From Marsupella aquatica (lineage: Eukaryota > Plantae > Marchantiophyta): a DNA stretch of 64,000 nt. Positions 11,652 to 23,568 of this stretch are shown in pieces. Position 1 is the stretch's first letter. Each line of letters starts with the position of its first letter. The notes beneath the pieces were generated by a model. That model searched no databases. It had not been told where the DNA came from and was given only the letters and a program-made list of their open reading frames with translations. The position numbers and the translations under genes are program-made. The stretch spans positions 15,038,684 to 15,102,683 of the forward strand of contig OZ316896.1 of NCBI GenBank assembly GCA_973895155.1, read 5' to 3'.

Positions 11652-14600
11652 TCACTTCGTCATTATACAAGGTAATATCATTTGTAGAAGTTGAAGGCCT
11701 TTAGTCTCTTCGTTAACAACATCAGAGCCAATGGGTATCTCATGTAGTTTCCTTTCAAGAACTGCATATCCATCTGCAAAAGCCTGACGAGTCCGTAGCA
11801 TCCATTCAACAGCAGATCTTCATTTTATGGATTTATATAATAAGGATGTTCACTAGGAGCCGTTTAAAAGAGATTTGGGATGAGAAAGTGTCTGTACCTT
11901 CACACACTGGAGAATTCGAAAACAATTCCGGCCCACATTGTTATCTGGATGAAGTGGATCCTCTATGTAAAGAGGATCAATGCTGACAACCACATACATA
12001 ACCAAAGCGGTCCTTAATCAGTGATTTTCGACTTTCATTTCAGAGCATAACGGAAGTACCAACAATCCAACAAACATATTCAAGGCTAAGAAGGTGGAGG
12101 CTAATTAAGTGCTCTACGGACCTTAATCTCATTATCACAAAAAAGACAGATCTAGAAACCAGTATCCTGCGAAAAATGCAGCATTCACGAGACAAGCCAA
12201 ACAGTGCCATGCCATATCTTCACAAAAATCATCGGGGACAAAAAGCCTCAGGAATAAGAATTGAGAACATAATAGACGAAACAGGGAAATGTTAATCGAA
12301 TCACGTACTCATTGTATCGGTCACGACTTAAATACATTCCCCCTCCTCTTATGCGAATACCCATTTTAAGAGGATCAAAAACACACCTGCAATAGACGTG
12401 TTATTTGGTAACGGATGTCTATCGCAAACTCAAATTCAAACTATAAGCGAGTAATTGTCTAAAATATGGTCATGTCTAGCAATAGTCAGTCAACGGTCTC
12501 GGGATACAACTTCACATTTCCTACAGCATCTTGACTGACCTAAGATATAGAATCCACGAAGAATGATGTCCCAAGATAATCTACCCCAGTTAACGGGCTG
12601 GAAAAGTCTCACCCAAAAAAGTGAAGAAAATCCATAAATAGCTTCCCGAGATTCTGCGAAAACAAACAAGTAAACAATAAGCATTTTCTCTAACAGCAAC
12701 CAATGTTCTGTATAGCTCACAGCAACAATACAGAGCAAACCACAGAATTCATTATAATTATTTTTCACTTCCTTTCTTCGTTTTTTCAACCAGTCAATCA
12801 GGAATAACAACTCTGAAATTATCGGATGAGCTATCAGTTTTTTAAATGTTAGCCATCATAACTGTGAGATTCCGAGATTATCCAAACCCCATTCGTTTAC
12901 TCAAGTCGATTGTCCCTATATCCTGTTAAACCTTAAAAGAAGGGCACTTTGGAGGCTCAATTGCAGGAAAAGGTACCTGATTTGACGATAGCTTGCCGTG
13001 GTGGTGCTGATGTTGCAGAAATCTAGTGATGAGTAGAACCTGTTTGAGATGATGTTAACACACGACTCAGAGAGACAGTACAATGAAATCAATGGCAAAC
13101 TGCATCCATTCGACATACAAATCTCATAATCCTTCTATCATCTGCTCCTATACCAGAAGGCATGCATACGTTCCATGTAGACTACATTTCTTCAAAGCCT
13201 GTTTGAGACGATGTTAACACACGACTCAGAGTACATTACTCGTACTTCAACTTATTAGTAGAAAGCAGACAGTACAAATGAGAGAAACAAAAGACACATC
13301 CTAAGCCACGTACCAGACAGTACGAACTTAATCCGCCTGAGTAAGGATGATCCAGACTACGATCGGTGAGAAATTGCTTTAGTACGAGGGCCAGGGGTGA
13401 GAGAGCCGGGTACTGACCAACGAGCTCTCTAACCTGCACCAGTTGGGACAACGATCGGTATTTCAGTTTTGCTCAGTGTTCATATCCGCTAGATATCAGC
13501 AAGCTCAGAACCACAGGACAAGAACAGCCAAGCTCGACAAGAAAGACAGAAGATCAACTTTTACACAGCTTACACAGCACTCGCCGTACCAGCTCAGCAG
13601 TTCGAAGTCCAGTGTGGGATGGAGTTTCAAAGCTAATATCAAGGTGCACCAATTGACGAGCAGCCTTTCCCCCCCAAGGTCCCTTCTTTTCCTCCGTGGG
13701 TAAGTTACTATCCTCCCTGCAAGTTACTGATTCTACCAGTGGCAATGCCCCTCCATTATTAGTCTTTGCTGCCTCTTCGCAAGCTTCCGTACCAATACTG
13801 GGACTAGAGGAAGGAGATGTATCCTCATCTCCCGCTTCACACTGATGAGGTAGGAACTCGGCAACCATCATTATTATTGGAACCTACCAATCCGGGAATA
13901 AGTTATTAACCAGACATACAACATTCACAATAGCGTTTCTTTCAACTTTTCCTGTGACACCTAAGGATTCCTAAAGGGTAATTGAATTGCTTTCATAAAC
14001 GCACAACGCAATGAACCTTTCGAACAGATTGCGCCCACTTAGCAAATCCTGTGAATCCTAAAGCACGGACAGAAAGGAAACAACTTTGTTAACGTAGCAA
14101 GCTCACAGGAGTGTTTTCGATGGTCTTCATTGTATCATTCTTGACCCAATCCTGATCCGCCAGATAGCGTGCAGCATGCTGCAAATATAATCCCAAACAA
14201 TGAGGCTTAGCGGATGGAGACAACATCCGAACGCATGCAGTGACTTTCGCAGCGATTGAGTTAGATCAAACAACTCCACAAGTTCATTCTTCACAGAAAA
14301 CAATTCATTGTTATGATGTGATCGATGAATGTCACCTCAATACTTTGTAGTTCTTTTGAATTCCTAGCTAAGGGTAGTGCCAATGAACAGATGACAGACC
14401 CTAAAGCCTGAAACGGACAAGGCTGGTTTCTTTGCTTAAGTGTCACCCACGTTAATAACATCAACTTATAGAAAAAAACGTTTCAAAAAGGTTCAACTTC
14501 ATCGACTGCAAGGAGGTGCTTTTGTGTAATTGTTTTAGCAGGCCAAGTTTTGCAGAGTAGAACACCACGCCAGCAAAACTACCTACGTCATAGTTTTGCA

Positions 14601-17600
14601 TCATGCAGTATATACCAGGCCAGCATGGAAATTAGCTCTGTTCTTACTAGCAAATCGCGCCTCACCATAGCTCATCATTTATTCTGCGTAAGTCATCAAA
14701 CTTTGCTGTCACCGAAGACAAGTGGTTCCATTTCCGAAACTCGCTAAAAGCCGTAGAGCAATTATCGATACTGGATTTACAATTTAAAAAATCGAACCTG
14801 GAGACTCGTCTCTTTGATGCCATTCCGTCCTTCTAGAATACCTGCTTCCTTAATAGGCTCCTGCACACATAGGAATCGCAATTGTTTACCATACTGTACT
14901 CTGATAACAGATGTAAACTCCCTAAAAATTTCAGCCAACAACTCTGATGACTGACCAGAAATTGACGCAGACAAAGACAGGTTAAGCTTACCAGATTCCT
15001 CACTGGAGGTAAGCAAACCACCAGATCAACATCACTGGTGGGCAAGGCAAGACCAGTGGCAATTGAACCAAATATGTTTATACGAGAGCGGGGCCAGAGA
15101 ACTTGCAACGAATGTGCAACTTTTTTCACTGCCATGTTGATAAAAGGTTTTCTCATCTTGTTCTCACCCTCCACCTGAGTCAAAATCTCAAACAAAATAA
15201 GACCAGCTACTACATGCACATGCACAGCGAAGTTCGTTTAATAGTACAAATCGCAGAAGCCCCCTCAAGAGAAGGCATGCATGGGAAGGGAGCCCATCTG
15301 AACGTCTCTTCAATACATTCATGGAACCTGTAAATCTGGACAGTGAAGAAACACAATCACCTGCAAACTGAAGGCCTCAATCTCGGTATGAAGGGCACTG
15401 AGCAGTTTTGTCAAAGCCATGTGAAGTGCAGGATTGTTGTTGTGCAGTAGGGTTGTCTTCATTGGTATGGACAAATCTGGCTGGAGCATGGAACATACAA
15501 TCCAAAAGAACTGAGTAAACAGCTCTAAGAGAGTGAGCCTTTCATGGAATACTGCAAGCAAAACCCTCACTAATACTCAAGCTGGAAATTTTTCCGTGCA
15601 GTCATCAGTAAGCAGTGAATACATCCACCCAGAAACTTACATGCTCCTGCTCTAAGGACAATGGCGGAATGGCAACCAAACGCTCTCGGAGTAGAGCTCC
15701 GGAGAACGGGTGCATTGGCGGAGTGCTTGTTGTACTGCCCCGTTTCCGCCCTCCTAAGATTGGAAACCCCTCTTGACTGTCCCCTTTAAAGTTTCCTTCA
15801 GAACCATCTGAGTCATCTTTGTAAGGCCAATTTACTAGACCCCAGTGCCTAGGACTGGAACTTCCTGATCGTGCTCCCATCAATCCCTTCCGCCTCCTAG
15901 GACCTGAAACTGGAGAAGGTGGAGGAGGTGGAGGAGCAGGGGGAACACAGCGCAAAACCGGAGAAGGAGGGCGCTTACGATGTCCGGCCAGATCCCTCCT
16001 ACTGCGTGGGACGATGTGAGGACTCTTGGCTTCTTGTAGTCTGCGAACTTCACCGGTAGGTACCTGTCTTTCCCGTACAACCACGATGGGCCTCAATATT
16101 GGCTGCGCGGAACGGTCTGCCCTGATCTGCTCGATCATTTCTACAGTAATTGGTACCCTTGCCCCAACCAATTGGTCGTCTAGTGACAAACCAAATGAAG
16201 GTGGTTGCCCAAATTTTCCAGAGTTGAACTCCGGCTTTGCAGTAGTTGGTCTGGGCAAGAATGCCCGTGCACTGGAGGAGGCCACTGGGCTTAAACGCTC
16301 AAAAGATTTTGGGACTGAAGACGAAGACGGGGGGGAAGGTGAGCAACTTGGCACATTTGAATAAGAGTTTTGATGGGCTTGATAGTTCACAATATCGTCA
16401 AGCACGACACTCAGGTCTGCCTCATGCCGGGCCCAGGAACTGTCTTCTGAGCTAAGAGATCCAGGCCGAGAATAACCCAGACCGGCATAATCTGATGCAT
16501 TCCAGTACATGACACCTCCACCAAAGATCTGATGATAGTCAGAACTATTGCTTTCTGCTGCTGCTGCATCCTCTACATATCTCTCCCCTTCCTCCTCCGA
16601 GATCATGTACCCATCAAGATCATCAAATTCTCCAGATGATACGTACATACCGTAATCATCAGCATCTGTATCATATGAGAATAATTTATGCTCCTTCTCT
16701 GACTCATCTGTACTTCGTCCTTGACCATACTCTTCTACGTCACCATATCCAGATGAAAAAGGGGATGGATTGAATACGGATCGTACATTATGCCTAGGCT
16801 CCTCCTTGGAAGCTGCAATAGTGTAGCCCACTGCTGGAGTAATGTTGTAGCTCGGTTGCAATAAAGGAGGCCTATCTAGATTCCCCATTCCATTGCCATT
16901 CCGGGTTGTAACAGTTATAGGAATCAAACTTTCAGCAGCGGCTAGACCATTTTGTTGCCGAAGCTGCACCGGAGCAATATTTCTGCTGTAGCTTAATACA
17001 GCAGGTTCCATGCGGTGTGGCCAACCGCGGCCAACATCCAACTGCAGCCAATCCGTTGCTTTTGGTTGATGGTATGCACCAAAGTAACCATACTGTGGTG
17101 AGCCAGGCCACTCATGTGGCCCGGATCTGAAGGATGGGTTTCGTTGATAATGAGAATGCCTGCTGCCAACAGAATAATCCACCTGCCTGGAAGGTACGGG
17201 GAGCCGCACCCTACCATTTCTAGAAGGTGATGGAACATGTTTTGCATTGCTGCCAGAAGAGGTTTCAAGTGATCCCTCTTCATTATTGCAAAGCAATGAT
17301 GCCCCTGGAATACTAATGGTTTTGTTAGAATCGGGCAGTACTGCAGCATCAACAGTCCCAAAGCGGATAGTAGGTGATTCCAAAGTACTCGTCGTCTTCT
17401 GAGAGTCAGGTACACTGTTTTGTTTATCTTCAAAAGGAACTTTCCCATCCACTACTAGTGATAAAGAACCCTCAAACAAGGTTTCGTCACAGCTCCGATC
17501 TTCGAGATGGTCAATCTTAAAATCTGATGGACCACTTGGAATCTGATGACAACCCTCGATCTTGATAGGTGCGTCCAGGACGAATGCAGGGGTTGTACCG

Positions 17601-20330
17601 TGTGAGGAAACGACTTCACAAATATCGGTATGGCTAGCGCAAGGACCAGTGACGGCGTCTATCATTGAGACCACATTGTCAGAAAGGACCTTATCATTCT
17701 CCTTATTGCTTATAGACATTTCGTCATCCGTTGAATGAAATGAAGGAATAGGGTTACTCTGCACCTTCTCTGGATTTTTCTGTCTCAGCTCATCGACCGA
17801 GCAACTTGAACACCTTTTCACACTACTGCAGCGTCCCATAGATTTTGCAGGGCTTTCCGATTGAATTTTCGTGGACGAGCTAATGGCAAAAGGCCTGCCA
17901 CCAGAAGTTGCAGGGCCATCACACTCACTGCAAGGACCATTGCCAGTTTCCAAGCTCCCATCAGAATAGCTCCGTACATCCACAGAATGTCTAGCCAATA
18001 CTTCGGCACAATTCAAGGTAGATTCCTTTGAACCTACGGTCGGTTGGTGAAACGTATCGTTCTTGTTCCCTTTTGAGTTCCTGCCTTTCCCTTTGCGGCT
18101 ACCATTTTGTTTACCTCCAGACAAGGACTTCACCTCATTCCAAGCCTCGTCAACAATAGAGCTCCGAGCCTGCTGCAACTCCGCGTCGCCAGAATCACTT
18201 TGCAGTTGCCCTAGCTGCTGCTTCCTCTCCTCCTGTCCCTATCATCATAAGCACCGACCAACTTAAAGCAGAGAACATATTGGTACAACGGAAATACTTT
18301 CAATGGCATGCAAACAGAGAGCAGACCGAAGGGAGCATTGCATACCTGTGGAAGCTCCGGCTGAAAGCTGCAAATTATCTTGTCTTCTTCCTTGACTACC
18401 TGCGCCTTTGCTGTCGTTATGTTTTTCCTTTTTTTCTTCTTGGTTTTAGAGATCTTGCCTTCACTGTGGCCTTCATGACCTTTGTAGCTGCTGCTTCCAT
18501 CTCCAAGGAGCTCAAGTTCAATATGGTCGTTCTTTACCTTGACCACAGTATTCCTCACCCTTCTTTTGATCTGATCCGGAAACGACTGTACAGAGTCCAA
18601 TCTGCTCCCGAACAGCCAACCCGTATCATCATCCTCTTCGATGGAGGCTGTAACTTGAGATTTGCCAGAAAGGAACCACCCATAATCTGCCAATTCTCTG
18701 AGGGCTCGCAAACCGGTAAAATAAGAGCTAATCTCTGCTCCATGTCCATGATCGGTCCCCAGCTTGACTTGTTGCTCAACCTCTGAGTCTGAAACGCTCT
18801 TGCGGTTACTTATGTTCAACTTTGCATTGCCACCACAGTCCTTCGAGGCTGTCCAGGATCGGACCCTGGTCTTCAAATCGTTGGTTTTCCCTCTACCAGC
18901 CCTAGCTTCCCGGACAACTTTCAAAACCTAAAAAAAGGGACAAAAAATCTGTAAGCCTCTGCTGCCCCTGACACAAGATATTCCCACCATATTAGTCTCG
19001 CAATATGCAGCCCAATTGTCATCAAAATGCTTGACAGAAGAAAAGTACCAACTGTAGCTGACATAAGAATAATTAAGGAGAACAGAGAAAAAGTGGCCGG
19101 ACCGCTAGCCTACAACCATTCAATGTACGAAGCCCCAGACGTAACATCTCACATCTCGAGCAAGCAGATTTCTTATCAAAATTTAGAGATAGGCGATTTC
19201 TTTATTGAAGAGCGGGAACGGATATACACATGTCGTACCTCAGCCTTAATTAGATGCGCCGAAGCACACTTCACCAGCCCCGCCCTATCCTTCCTATCCA
19301 ATTTTCTCCACCAGTCCATACAGCCTTGCTTCCTTCCGAACACACTTGTAGCGATAGTCCCGGCATTTCCAAGTGAGTTCCCAGCTGCAACCCAACCGTT
19401 ATGGGTACCCCCTTTGGTGGACTTCACCGAGAGAGACCTAGGTGGCTTCTTCGTACCCTGCGCCCTATTCCAAGCTGCCCATAATTCGAACTCAAATCTA
19501 TTTGCAATGAATGCAGGCATGCTGTAATACCCCATGGCTTTCAACCATGGCGTCTCTTCCCACGTGGAAGCTGCTGCAGCAGAGAGGAATGCGGGTTTGT
19601 TGAGAAACTCGTGATGTGACAAGTGGTCCATCACTTCCAGAAATGTGCCAATGTCTATAATGAAGTCCTCAGTCACCGTTACACAATCCATTAAATTGCA
19701 AGAATTAGTATCAAAGCTGCTGCTGTATAACCTGTTGCCCTTAGAATTATTCTCGCCATCTCCAGAGCTGAACAGCCGAATGCTGTTTACTAGAGGATCG
19801 CCGGCAGTTTGCTGGATCTCTGTCTCAGACCTCAAGATGAGCCCTCTGGACCTCCTGAAGCACAGCTCTGGCAGAGGCAAGGCAGCACTGCTTGTAGTCA
19901 AGTCTTTATTTGCAACCCGCTTTCCATCAGCAGCAGCAGGGGAATCCTCAGAGGCCCCCTTATTCCGTCCTTTGGCAATTCCCCTCCCATTGCTGCCCTT
20001 CCTCGTGCACTTTGCTGAGTTGCTCACGACAGTGGGGGCCTTTGGTCGTTCTCGGTCAGTCATAGGAAGCACGTCTGGAAGCAGGAAGAAGGTGCAAAGT
20101 CCTTCCGTTCTCAAATACTTCTGCATCATGAGGAGAATTGCAACCCACGATGTATCCACGACCGTGAGAGCCACCCGCCTCTGCTCGCAGCTCAAACCAT
20201 ATAACCATTGTACTACAGCTTGCCTGGCAGGAGAAGGCTCTGGCTTTGCATGTGTGCTGCTGCTGCCACTACTGCGGTGGTAAATTGCCAAATGGTCGGT
20301 CAGAGCATCCAACATTGACTGCATCTCCAT
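11652..20330 (-). CDS. MEE44: Non-canonical poly(A) polymerase / nucleotidyltransferase (TRF4/PAPD5-like, Arabidopsis At4g00060 MEE44-like), multi-exon
   Basis: The N-terminus MEMQSMLDALTDHLAIYH...AVVQWLYGLSCEQRRVALTVVD resembles At4g00060. The FGGGVMYWN motif lies in the large 15640-18200 exon. The Pol-beta NTase signature IFGSIATGLALPTSDVDLVV is at ~15080-15020, followed by VHLDISFETPSHTG, LALVLKQFLTDRSLDHPYSGGLSSYCL, NLGKLFMDFLHFFG and the PAP-associated IDPLYIEDPLHPDNNVGRNCFRI. The last exon ends MILPCIMTK* at 11652. Confidence 0.9.
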
Positions 20331-21660
20331 GATCCTTAGTTCCTTACTTTTCCTTGGCAAACTGAATTTCCACACCCCCCTGGCCTCATATCCAGGGAGG
20401 ATTCGCCTTGTACCAGCACCCACACCCTGCCGTTCTCACATATCTATCCAATAAATGTGGCACCGGAGGCTCTCCTCCTGGGGGAAGAGAAATTGCCATC
20501 CCAGTGCTCTACTGTAGTCGTCACTTCCACAAACAAAAACGACCGATCGTCAAGTAAAGCCGAGAAATGAAAGGCCAAATTACACGAGGGGGAGCGTGTT
20601 CAATTGCAACCAGGATCAACATCAATTGCAGTCCTCACCCGCAGGGGTGAGCACCGTAATTGCGATTCATCTCCTTGTATCTCTCTGCTCCTCTCTGCTC
20701 TGCTCTGCTCCGTCGCCCTCCGTGACAATCTCTACCCCCGCAGTTGCGTCTCTGTCTTTGCTCCCTCACCAGAAAGTCAAGGTTAACTCTACGACTGCAC
20801 TGCTTTGTCTCCAGAGCTGCTCCTGCTGCTGATGGACCTCGTACGTGTGAAGGCAATTACTTGCGGGACCTACCGTACCTGCAAAAAGGCGCACAACGAC
20901 GTCCTTGAGTCTTCTCTATCCCCTTCAGAGGAGAAAGAGCACCTTTTCTTAGTGAGAACGGGCACTCGGACACCTCCCTTCCCTTCTCGTCACAGTAATA
21001 ATAAATGTACAGTTCCTCTGTCCGTCCTCCGCCTCCACTAGTCGCCTCAGTCTCCTCCTCCTCCTCCTCCTCCTCCGTTCATCGAATCTGCAAAGTACTG
21101 TTTACAGATGAAGTTTTTTAATCACTCCTCTGACGCTCCACCATCGCTACTCGACTCAACTCGACGATGACGACGAACAGGGAGAGAAAGGAAGAGGACG
21201 TACAAGTAATCTCCATTGCTTTTTGCGCCGAGAGAGATGAGTGCTGGACGACGGTGCTGCGGTGTTGTTGCTCCTGCTGTTTCCACGGAAGAATGGCAAT
21301 CAACGCACGAGCGTCTTGTGAGCTTCAAAAAGGTACCATTTTCTGTGGAGACTAGACTGATGAGTCAACTCCACGTCGCAAGATGAATTTTACAGTAGTA
21401 CAGCAGCACTACAGTACTAACTTAGTGTGCTGAACTATGCAGTAGTGCCATCCCAGTTCGCGCAGGATCTAAGCCAAGCATTAATTGTTTGTTCATGTCG
21501 GGAAATAATTCCCCTGTCTAGAATCTAAAGCCAGATGGACCTGCCCATCCCGATGGACTCAGTAAAGCAATGTTCCCTTTACACCCAAATTGAAAATGGA
21601 ACAGGTCACCTATTGGAGTTGATGACTTTGACTACCTTGTGGAAAAAAGGAGACAGTCAA

Positions 21661-22017
21661 GAAGTCATCATGTTTTTAAGAAACAGCTTTTTACTAGTGT
21701 CCCCTAAACTACCTAATATTATTAAGATCTATCACAAACAAAATTAATTATCAACCTGTCCTCTATTTTGTATTTGGGTTAATGTTAACTTGTATATGGG
21801 TTCCCGTAGCCAAGTGGGGCCGATGAAGGGGGGCCAAGGGGTGTCACCATGGGCTCAGGCTATCCAGTAGCAACTTGCCGCATGGCAATGGCATGTTGAT
21901 ATTAACCTAAATATGAAATGGGGGACATGTTGATAATTAATTTTGTTTTGGGGGCACGTTAGCAATATTAGTAATATTGGCTAATAAAAAGCTGTTTTAA
22001 GAAATGACATCAGTTTC
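21661..22017. mobile_element. Degenerate MITE/foldback with ~130-bp inverted arms
   Basis: ACAAAATTAATTATCAACCTGTCCTCTATTTTGTATTTGGGTTAAT (~21738-21783) pairs with ATTAACCTAAATATGAAATGGGGGACATGTTGATAATTAATTTTGT (~21901-21946). The outer AAACAGCTTTTTA pairs with TAAAAAGCTGTTT. Confidence 0.7.
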
Positions 22018-22315
22018 AATATAATGGCTCAGCAATGTTAAAGGAGAAGGACATAGCTTCTTTGTCTTGAAGCTCCAATCTGAGTCCAATTAAAAGCAAA
22101 CAGAATGGATCAATGAGATGAAAAAGTGATTGAAAACACTTGCACCAGCACCATCGCTCCCATATCAGGGATTCAAGGCAACTTAAGAAAATTGTTAACT
22201 TGTCACACGAATTTTACAAGTAAGTAGCACATTTTCAAAATGTGCATGATGTCTTGACGATTTACTCTACAAGGTCGTCAAAGTCGTCAATTGTTAGTGA
22301 CGTAAACATTATGTC

Positions 22316-22501
22316 ATGTCCCATAATGTGTTTGTGGTTTCATATGCTTGGCTTGTGGAATCAGTAGCAGCTGGGAAGCCTCAAAACCCAATGGACTATG
22401 ATCTTTTTGAGGCCTGGCCACGGAAGGGTCAGGATCCTCACAGCGAAAACTATGTGACAACAAGTGAGGAAGAGGTTATTAGCGATTCTGAATCAGAGTG
22501 A
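22316..22501 (+). pseudogene. 3' fragment of a BRCT-domain-like coding sequence
   Basis: VFVVSYAWLVESVAAGKPQNPMDY fits the BRCT C-terminal helix pattern (VVxxxW-hydrophobic-xxS/C...xxY), followed by an acidic tail and stop. The N-terminal part of the domain is absent. Confidence 0.55.
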
Positions 22502-22587
22502 GGAGTACGTAGTAGCATCAGTTTTGAGACAAGCTTTGTGTACAAATCACATCTCTTAAATAAATGTGATATTTGAACTAACGTAGC

Positions 22588-23100
22588 TTGTTATGGTTGG
22601 TCGCAGTTGGACTTATTTTACTGTTGGCGGATTGTGGTTTCTTGCTGCCTGGGGGTGTCACTTTAAACTTATTGGGTGGGCTCAAATCTTGGCGGCAGAC
22701 TTTGGTGGGTATGTTGCCTTTCCTACATCAACAGGCGCTATGTAGGCTCCTCCTCCGGGTTGCCACGTGGCTGGCCACTATTTGGACTCTCCTGCATGGG
22801 TTGGTGTTGAAACATATTTCAACACCGCCTAAGGATGCAAGAGACGATGAATCTTATTTTTCAGCAGATGAAATTGAAGAGCAGAATGTTGTGGGGACTT
22901 CCTTGTTGCCTGGTTTGCCAGATGATATAATGCTGTCGGATGTGTGGCCCAGAATTCTTCTGTGGTCAACCGCACAAGATATTTGCAAATATAGACTAAT
23001 TAGCACACAATGGAGGGACTTGGTAGCTAGCTCCCCCCAGTGGAGGGCATTAGAACCACTTCTTGTAGGCACAGATCGAACCCCACCCTGGTATGCCTAG
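22588..23100 (+). pseudogene. F-box-motif ORF upstream of the CACTA transposase
   Basis: SLLPGLPDDIMLSDVWPRI...DICKYRLISTQWRDLVASSPQW fits the F-box consensus (LPxD/E-hydrophobic...R-hydrophobic-SxxWRxL). An acidic patch precedes it. Reading appears to continue past the TAG at 23098-23100. Confidence 0.7.
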
Positions 23101-23568
23101 GGCATACTCCTTGATGACCTGATGTACATGCCAGTGTACCTCAGGTGTGACTACCATCGAGAACAGGGTGGGTATCCAGATGAACTCTGGTAATAACGTG
23201 AGGAGATCTCATACCAGGTAGTTTGTCTATGACTATAGGTGATTGGACTCTGATATGGTCATGGATGTACGTGCTTGGTTGGCCATTGCAGACTGAGGCA
23301 GTATAAGTGAGGCCAGCAAAGGAGGTGACACCCTGAGACAGTTAGGAATTTTGTTACAGTGTGACCTGAGAATAGGTACACGATTCAGGAACCTTTCTTG
23401 TTTTTTTTTGTGGTTGTAGAAAGTCTATGCATGATTTATTACACTGTATCATGTCATATGTTTTGGTAGATAGTGTGAACATCGGAACACAACTAAACAA
23501 GAAATGTATTTTCCACTTTCATAATGAAATGACAATTAAATCTGAGTGCCTGTGTTCTGAACTCTAAG

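Noticed and set aside
19645-20283. 212-aa plus-strand ORF, and similar antisense ORFs over the MEE44, SKIP30, ABCG and 41.5-44.6 kb frames
   Set aside because: These are antisense shadows of real coding frames with no independent motifs.
21407-21699. CACTACA at 21407 and TACTAGTG at ~21692 as the CACTA left terminus
   Set aside because: The first does not match the right TIR beyond CACTA and lacks the TTG flank. The second is in the wrong orientation and belongs to the arm of the 21.7-22.0 kb foldback.
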